Assembly (NCBI GenBank): GCA_965205505.1
Contig: CBDBHB010000009.1
Location: forward strand, 3,040,001-3,104,000
DNA length: 64,000 nt
Reading direction: 5' to 3'
DNA from: Acidobacteriota bacterium
GTDB lineage: Bacteria; Acidobacteriota; UBA890; WLXD01
Part shown: positions 57,567 through 64,000 of the stretch, in pieces
How positions within the stretch are numbered: position 1 is the first letter of the stretch
Layout: each line of letters starts with the position of its first letter
Notes under the pieces: model-generated
The model's input: only the letters and a program-made list of their open reading frames with translations
The model's database searches: none
Told to the model about the DNA's origin: nothing
Translations under genes and position numbers: made by a program

Positions 57567-59524
57567 GTGAAGAAGGGCGACAAGCATCTCGGTATGGATC
57601 GCCAGATCACTCGGCGTGACCTCCTCAATGGCGTCAGCGTGGCCATCGGGGCCTCAACCACCGGCGGGCGCCTGACTGCCGAGTCGCCCGAGGTTCGGCG
57701 CTACGCCACCCAGGAGACCCCTGAGGACTACTCTACCCGCCACGGCTGACCGGAATGCGAGGCAGCCACGAGGGCTCCTTCGAGGTGGCGCACGAGATGC
57801 GCTTTGGGAAGACCTGGGACGGCGCCGACGAATCCGGCGAGCACTACGACCTGATCGTCGTCGGCGCTGGGTTGAGTGGCCTCGCGGCGGCCTACTACTT
57901 CCGTAAGGCACTCCCCGAAGCCAAGGTCTTGATCCTCGACAACCACGATGACTTCGGCGGCCACGCCAAGCGTGTCGAGTTCACCGTCGGCGACCGGCAG
58001 CTCATCGGCTATGGCGGCACGCAGTTCATCACCGGTTACTACCCAGCCGAGGCCAAGCAGCTGCTGGACGACATCGGAGTGAGCGCCGAGCGCTTCCCGA
58101 GCGGGACCGCAACCGATCTTTATCGCGAGCTGGGGCTTGAAGGAGGGGTGTTCTTCGATCGGGAGACCTTTGGTGTCGACCGCCTTGTGGTCGGCGAGCC
58201 ACGCCGGGCGCGTGGACCGCAAGCAGAGCGCCGATGGACGGCGTTCCTCGACAAGACACCCCTGTCCGATGCAGCCAAGGCGGGCATCCTCCGGCTCTGC
58301 ACCGAGGATCGCGACTACCTGCCAGGGCTGACCGACGACGAGAAAATCGCCCGCCTGCGGAGGATGAGCTACCAGAGTTACATTCTCGACGTTGTAGGCG
58401 TCCACCCGGATGTGATCCCGTACCTGCTGCGGCGCGGCGATCCGAACGGCGCCGCCGGTATCGACTCGTACAGCGCCTGGGGTGCCCTACGAAGCGGCTC
58501 GTTCCCTGGTTTGGGCGGGCTCGGGCTCGATCGTCCAGCTCGCAATGCGGCGCCTGGCGACAACCCCTTCCAGGGCATCCATTTCCCGGATGGCAACGCC
58601 GGCATCGCCCGTTTGATCGTCCGCTGGCTCCTCCCGCGAGCGCTGCCGGGAGACACGATGGAGGACTCGGTTACTACGCCGATCCGCTATTCCGAGCTCG
58701 ACAAGGCGGGCGCCCCGGTGCGAATCCGGCTCAACAGCACGGTGGTTGGAGCGCGTCACGCCGGCGAGCGGCGCACCTCCAGCGAGGTCGTCGTGACCTA
58801 CGTCCAGGACGGACGGGCGGTTCGCGTGCGCGGCGACAACTGCGTCATGGCTTGCTACAACGCCATGATTCCCTACCTGTGCCCAGAGGTCCCTGAGGTC
58901 CAGAAGGAAGCGCTGAAGATGGCGGTGCGCAAGCCCTACGTCTACACGCAGGTGGCGATCCGCAACTGGACCTCGTTCGTTAATCTCGGTGTCGGTGCTA
59001 TCCACAGTCCCGGAGGTTTCCACGAGTTCATCGACCTCGATTGGGGCGTCAACGTCGGCGACTACCAGCACTCGGCGTCGCCGGACGAGCCGATCCTGCT
59101 GTGGTTGCAGCGCCTACCCATTCGACCAGGCCTATCGGCGCGTGACCAGTTTCGTGCCGGCCGCGAGGAGCTGCTGGCAACGTCGTTCGAGACCTACGAG
59201 CGCAACATCCGCGATCAGCTGGGCCGCGCCCTCGGCGAAGGAGGCTTCGATCCGGCTCGCGACATCGCCGGAATCACCGTGAATCGCTGGCCGCACGGCT
59301 ACGCAAGCGGTGGCAACGATCTCTACGACCCCGACTGGAGTTACGACGAGGCGCCCTGGGTGGTCGGCCGACAACGCTTCGGGCGGATCACCATCGCTAA
59401 CTCGGACGCGGCAGCGATCTCGTTGACGCAGGCGGCATTCGAGCAGGCGCACCGCGCCGTTCAGGAGCTACTGACCGACGTGATTCGCCCCGAGTTCCAG
59501 TATCCGTGGGCAGAGCGCACCTGA
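57567..59524 (+). pseudogene. SpdH-like Tat oxidoreductase copy 2, frameshifted near the 5' end (real or error)
   Basis: GTG 57567 with GAGGAG RBS gives VKKGDKHLGMDRQITRRDLLNG. GACTACTCTACCCG at about 57726-57739 breaks the DYYPP frame. The remainder (57755-59524) is intact and closely parallels copy 1. Confidence 0.8.
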
Positions 59525-59578
59525 GGCGAGGTGGTGCGCCGATCGCCGAGGGCAAAAGAGGGAGGGAGAGCTCGTCCA

Positions 59579-59607
59579 TTGCTGGTGCCTCCCTGCAAGC
59601 CTACAAT
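59579..59607 (+). promoter_or_regulatory. Putative sigma70 promoter of Rieske oxygenase 1
   Basis: TTGCTG-17 nt-TACAAT about 130 bp upstream of ATG 59736. Confidence 0.55.
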
Positions 59608-59735
59608 TCGATGGGAAATTGTAGTTTCTTGAGCACGAAGCGCGCATACGACGCGGGGCGGGGCGCAAGCGCTGGCGAGTACGTAGATTTCCGAGGTCAG
59701 ATCGACCGCGTTCCGATCGGTGAAGGAGTAGTGAG

Positions 59736-61259
59736 ATGAGCAAGAAAGACGATCACGACGAGAACGGCGGCCCGCGCGTAAGCCGCCGAGCCTTCGCAAA
59801 GGGCTCGGTCGCCGCAGGCACCGCGGCGGTGGCCCTTCCCAAGTCGCTGTTCGGCGCCACTCCGGCGACGACAGCCGCGACGACTAAGACCAATGGCCGT
59901 GCAGCGCGCGTGGAGATGCGCACTGAAACCGCCGCCTACGGTGGCAGCGGTGCGACTCCGCTGACGGCGCCGGTTGCCAAGAAGCCTGGCGTCAGTGGCT
60001 GGACAGAAGGCCTGACCATTCCCCACGAGTACTACACGGAGCCGCAGCACTTCGACGCCGACGAGGCGTTCGTGGCGGAGAATTTCTGGCAGTACACCGA
60101 TCAGGCGAGCCGTATTCCGGATCCGGGCGATTTCTACGTGTTCGAGTTCGGTCGCTCCGAGTCCATCCTCATCGTGCGCGGTCAGGACAACGAGATAAGA
60201 GGCTTCTACAACGTCTGCCGCCACCGCGGCTCGCGACTCTGCCGTCACGACGCCGATGCCAAGCCGAGCGACCCACGCCTGTCGGTCAAGCAACTCGGAC
60301 AGTCCGGTAGCTCACCGGTGTTCCGGTGCCCATATCACGCATGGACGTACGACACCGAGGGCAGCCTGATCTACGCCTACGGCATGCAGGACGACTTCGA
60401 CCCGGCCGACAACGGCCTGCTCCCGTGCCACACGCGGGTCGCCGAGGGTCAGGTCTTCGTCAATCTGTCGAAGTCAGAGACCCCACCGGACTTCGAGTCG
60501 GTGGTAGCTCGCATGCGCGCCCTCGCTCCGAAGTACAGCTTCAAGGACCTGAAGGTTGTGGCCCGTGAGTACTACCCAATCAACGCCAACTGGAAGCTTG
60601 CCCTTGAGAACTTCAAGGAGTGCTACCACTGCGGGCCGTCGCATCGGCCGCTGGTGACCACCCACAACTGGGATCACGACATCAGCGCCGAACAGAAGGC
60701 TGAAAAGGCCGCCGCGGTCGCCGATTGGGTGCCAGAGGAACACCGGCGGCGGCGACGCGGTAACCAGCAGCAGGGCGGCCAGGGCATGAGAGGCGGTATG
60801 AGCGGCGCCGGCGCCGAGTCGCTCCAGTTGACGGGACAGCTCAATCCCGGCTTCGTTACGGGCACCATAGACGGTAAAGCCGCGTCGATTCTGCTGCCCA
60901 ACATCGACGACTGGCACCACGAGACCAACGTCGCCACAACAGCCGAGTCAACCGGCTACTGGCAGTGCTACGACGATCACGTCGCGGTGGCTCGTTTCAC
61001 GCCGCGGGCGGAGAACTTCACCGATTGCGAGATCGTCTGGTTGGTGCACCCCGACGCCGTCGAGGGTCGCGACTACGACCCCGACAACGTCAAGGCGCTC
61101 TGGCACGTCACCATCCAGGAGGACATCTGGGTCACCGACAACAACCACGCCGGTATCGAGTCGAGTGCGTACACCGCCGGTCGATACTCGATCATCGAGG
61201 GCAGCCCGGCCCGCTTCGTGGGCTGGTACATGAAGGAGGTCGTCAAGGCGGGCAACTGA
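59736..61259 (+). CDS. Rieske non-heme iron oxygenase alpha subunit (GbcA/Stc2-like) with Tat signal, copy 1
   Basis: AAGGAG RBS, SRRAFAK plus h-region, NVCRHRG..CPYHAW Rieske ligands, NWKLALENFKECYHC...H and QED. Confidence 0.9.
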   Translation: MSKKDDHDENGGPRVSRRAFAKGSVAAGTAAVALPKSLFGATPATTAATTKTNGRAARVEMRTETAAYGGSGATPLTAPVAKKPGVSGWTEGLTIPHEYYTEPQHFDADEAFVAENFWQYTDQASRIPDPGDFYVFEFGRSESILIVRGQDNEIRGFYNVCRHRGSRLCRHDADAKPSDPRLSVKQLGQSGSSPVFRCPYHAWTYDTEGSLIYAYGMQDDFDPADNGLLPCHTRVAEGQVFVNLSKSETPPDFESVVARMRALAPKYSFKDLKVVAREYYPINANWKLALENFKECYHCGPSHRPLVTTHNWDHDISAEQKAEKAAAVADWVPEEHRRRRRGNQQQGGQGMRGGMSGAGAESLQLTGQLNPGFVTGTIDGKAASILLPNIDDWHHETNVATTAESTGYWQCYDDHVAVARFTPRAENFTDCEIVWLVHPDAVEGRDYDPDNVKALWHVTIQEDIWVTDNNHAGIESSAYTAGRYSIIEGSPARFVGWYMKEVVKAGN

Positions 61260-61377
61260 TCCCTAGCAGGAGTCGATCTACGGGTCGGCTCCCGTGTTGT
61301 TCATTGGATGCCGCGCGGCGCGCCTGAGCCCGTACCCGCCGACCACAGGGCCGAAGTGAAGGAACCCGGCGCGCCTA

Positions 61378-61407
61378 TTGTCGTACCGCCTGCCAACGTG
61401 ATACTCA
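61378..61407 (+). promoter_or_regulatory. Putative promoter of Rieske oxygenase 2
   Basis: TTGTCG-16 nt-GATACT. CGTGATACTCA is shared with the region upstream of SpdH-like copy 2. Confidence 0.4.
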
Positions 61408-61540
61408 TGCAGTCGGGTGACTTCGCTGGGGTGTGCGTTGAGATTGTCGCGCGATGTCCGAGCGCGACTGACCCGAACGATTACCGACGAATTTGTAGCG
61501 GCTTGAGATCGATCAGATCCAACTGGCGAGGCAAGTACAG

Positions 61541-63052
61541 ATGAGCAAGAAAGACGACCACGACGAGAACGGTGGCCCGCGCGTAAGCCGCCGAACCTTC
61601 GCCAAGGGCTCGGTTGCGGCGGGCACCGCTGCTGTCGCCCTCCCCAAATCGCTCTTTGGCGCCACCCCGGCGACGGCCGCCGCAACGACGGCTACCTACG
61701 GTCGCGCGTCGCGCGTCGAGGCGCGCAACGAGAACATCGGGTACGGCGGGCGCGGTGCGGCTCCGCTCACCGCGCCCGTCGCCAAGAGGGCCAGTGTCAA
61801 CGGCTGGAAAGAGGGCCTCACTATTCCCGCCGAGTACTACATCGAGCCGAAGCATTTCGAGGCCGACGAGGCGTTCGTCGGCGAGAACTTCTGGCAGTAC
61901 ACCGATCAGGAGAGTCGTATTTCGAACCCAGGCGACTTCTATGTCTTCGAGTTCGGGCGTTCCGAGAGCATTCTCATCGTGCGCGGGAAGGACACCGAGG
62001 TGAGAGGCTTCTACAACGTCTGCCGCCACCGCGGCTCGCGACTCTGCCGTCACGACGCCGATGCCAAGCCGAGCGACCCACGCCTGTCGGTCAAGCAACT
62101 CGGACAATCCGGTAGCTCACCGGTGTTCCGGTGCCCGTACCACGCTTGGACGTACGACACCGAGGGCAGCCTGATCTACGCCTACGGCATGCAGGAGGAT
62201 TTCGACCCGGCCGACAACGGCCTGCTCCCGTGCCACACGCGGGTCGCCGAGGGTCAGATCTTCGTCAACCTGTCGAAGTCCGACACGCCGCCGGATTTCG
62301 ATTCGGCAGTCAGCTCGCTCACGGCTCTGGCTCCCGAATACCACTTGAAAGACCTAAAGGTCGCGGCCCGCGAGTACTACCCGATCAACGCTAACTGGAA
62401 GCTGGCGTTGGAGAACTTCAAGGAGTGCTACCACTGCGGCCCGGCTCACCGGCCGCTGGTCACGACGCACAACTGGGATCACGACCTCAGCGATCAGCAG
62501 AAGACTGAGAAGGCCGCGGCGGTTGCCGCGTGGGTCCCGGAGGAGAGCCGCCGGCGACGTGAAAACGAAGATGCAGGCATGGCCGGCGAGGGCATGGACG
62601 GCACGCCCGGCTACGACCGCTTGACCGGGCTGCTCAACCCGGGCTTTGTCACCGGGACGATCGACGGCACCCAGGCGGCACCGTGGCTGCCTGGGAGGAA
62701 GGGAGACGACCACCGGACGGTGATCGCCACCACCGCAGAGTCGACCGGGTACTGGCAGTTCTACGACGATCACGTCATGGTGGTGCGGTTCACCCCGCGC
62801 ACGGAAAAGTTCACCGATGCCGAGATCGTCTGGCTGGTGCACCCCGACGCAGTCGAGGGTCGCGACTACGATCCCGAAAAGGTCAAGGGCCTTTGGCACG
62901 TCACGATCCAGGAGGACATCTGGATCACCGACAACAACCACGCTGGGGTCGAGTCGAGCGCGTACAGTGGCGGTCGCTACGGCACCCTCGAAGGCGGCCC
63001 GTCGAGCTTCGTCAACTGGTATATGAAGGAGATCGTCCAGGCCGGCGATTGA
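61541..63052 (+). CDS. Rieske oxygenase alpha subunit with Tat signal, copy 2
   Basis: SRRTFAK, the same Rieske and mononuclear Fe ligands, tandem paralog of copy 1. Confidence 0.9.
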   Translation: MSKKDDHDENGGPRVSRRTFAKGSVAAGTAAVALPKSLFGATPATAAATTATYGRASRVEARNENIGYGGRGAAPLTAPVAKRASVNGWKEGLTIPAEYYIEPKHFEADEAFVGENFWQYTDQESRISNPGDFYVFEFGRSESILIVRGKDTEVRGFYNVCRHRGSRLCRHDADAKPSDPRLSVKQLGQSGSSPVFRCPYHAWTYDTEGSLIYAYGMQEDFDPADNGLLPCHTRVAEGQIFVNLSKSDTPPDFDSAVSSLTALAPEYHLKDLKVAAREYYPINANWKLALENFKECYHCGPAHRPLVTTHNWDHDLSDQQKTEKAAAVAAWVPEESRRRRENEDAGMAGEGMDGTPGYDRLTGLLNPGFVTGTIDGTQAAPWLPGRKGDDHRTVIATTAESTGYWQFYDDHVMVVRFTPRTEKFTDAEIVWLVHPDAVEGRDYDPEKVKGLWHVTIQEDIWITDNNHAGVESSAYSGGRYGTLEGGPSSFVNWYMKEIVQAGD

Positions 63053-63076
63053 TCTTCCGACAAGCCGCTATGAACG

Positions 63077-63112
63077 CGCGGGAACCGATCTGCCGGTCGG
63101 TTCCCGCGTTTT
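63077..63112 (+). terminator. Rho-independent terminator
   Basis: 12-bp perfect stem CGCGGGAACCGA/TCGGTTCCCGCG with an 8-nt loop, followed by TTTT. Confidence 0.75.
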
Positions 63113-63183
63113 GCTAATAGCTACGTGAAGGCGTCATGCAGCGCGCGGCGACCTAGTCGCACCTCGGACGGCGGAGCGAGCTG

Positions 63184-63672
63184 ATGTCGAAGAAAACTCC
63201 GGACGGGATCAACGGACCGAAAGTAAGCCGGCGGACGTTCGCCAAGTCGTCCGTCGCTGTCGTCACGGCAGCCGTGACTCTGCCCGATTCCCTGTTTGGT
63301 GCGCCGCCTCGTGCACCCGCAGCGACAACGCCGACACACCGGACAGTTCCGCGGGCGGAGTTGCCCGGGGAAGCGCCGGGCTACGGCGGCAGGGGTGCGC
63401 CGCGCGTGCCCATTACGGTCTCCGAGAGCAGCGGCGCCAACGGCTGGAAAGAGGGCGTCCATCCGGATGCCGTCGACGGTCGCGACTACGATCCCGACAA
63501 CGTCAAGGCGCTCTGGCACGTCACGACGACGGAAGATATCTGGCTTACCGATAACCACCACCTCGGCATCCAGTCAGGCGGCTATAGCTCCGGTCGCTAC
63601 GCCACCCACGAGGGCAGCCCGGCCCGATTCGTCAAGTGGTACATGGAACAGTTCGTCGACGCCGGCGATTGA
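63184..63672 (+). pseudogene. Rieske oxygenase copy 3 with in-frame internal deletion (Tat leader plus C-terminal ~70 aa only)
   Basis: SRRTFAK leader to NGWKEG is fused directly to VHPDAVDGRDYDP. About 340 codons present in copy 2 are missing. Confidence 0.8.
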
Positions 63673-63777
63673 ACTTCGAGCTCCGTTGTGGGCTCGCGAA
63701 CGCCACCATCTGGAACCGTCCGGAGATCTCTGGCACCCTTGTCGGCGATCTCGCACCGACCGGACCCGAGGGACACG

Positions 63778-64000
63778 ATGACGAAGAACGATCGACAGCT
63801 CGGAATGGACCGCGACATCACGCGGCGTGACTTCCTGGGTGGCACCAGCGTTGCCATCGGTGGCTCGCTGCTCGCCGCCGGAACCGTTAGCGCATCACCG
63901 GCCGTGCCTGGAACGTCAATAGAGCAGACAGCGGTGTCCTACCCGGCGACCTGGAAGGTCGGCGACTACTACCCACCCAGGCTCACGGGCATGCGCGGCA
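63778..64000 (+). CDS. SpdH-like Tat oxidoreductase copy 3, partial (runs off the window)
   Basis: Manual translation: MTKNDRQLGMDRDITRRDFLGG...DYYPPRLTGMRG. Confidence 0.85.
   Translation, partial: MTKNDRQLGMDRDITRRDFLGGTSVAIGGSLLAAGTVSASPAVPGTSIEQTAVSYPATWKVGDYYPPRLTGMRG

Noticed and set aside
1-64000. CRISPR arrays, tRNA/rRNA, integrase or transposase genes, defence systems
   Set aside because: No regularly spaced repeats or recognisable motifs were seen by eye; small RNAs could have been missed.

Overview
GC-rich (roughly two-thirds GC by eye) bacterial accessory region dominated by exported and periplasmic catabolic enzymes. The gene content resembles Acidobacteriota/Gemmatimonadota-type genomes (inference only). 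No rRNA, tRNA, CRISPR array or transposase was seen. In order: a partial lower-GC sulfatase with two MITE copies upstream; an M28 peptidase; an alpha/beta hydrolase; orphan gene tails; a PuuB-like oxidoreductase; a DUF1592-DUF1552-ankyrin operon; a duplicated cupin; a cytochrome c and PAL-like propeller converging on a cytochrome c-PHM-type copper monooxygenase; an MFS transporter; a kinase/phospho-lyase fusion; a BHMT-like enzyme; an aminotransferase-dehydrogenase-thrB-thrC run; an SpdH-like / cytochrome c / 2x NylB-like / PhyH operon; an S9 peptidase; sugar and betaine-type ABC transporters; a PQQ dehydrogenase; two NTF2-like proteins; and a terminal cluster of SpdH-like, three Rieske oxygenase alpha subunits and SpdH-like, all with twin-arginine (Tat) signals. 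The best candidates for undescribed systems are (1) the Tat-exported, reductase-less Rieske oxygenase array flanked by Tat flavo-heme amine dehydrogenases and (2) the heme c-fed PHM plus PAL-like pair, a possible periplasmic amidation or N-dealkylation system. A structured MITE family that targets YTAG sites, including stop codons, is also present. All product calls come from motifs read by eye; no database searches were run.
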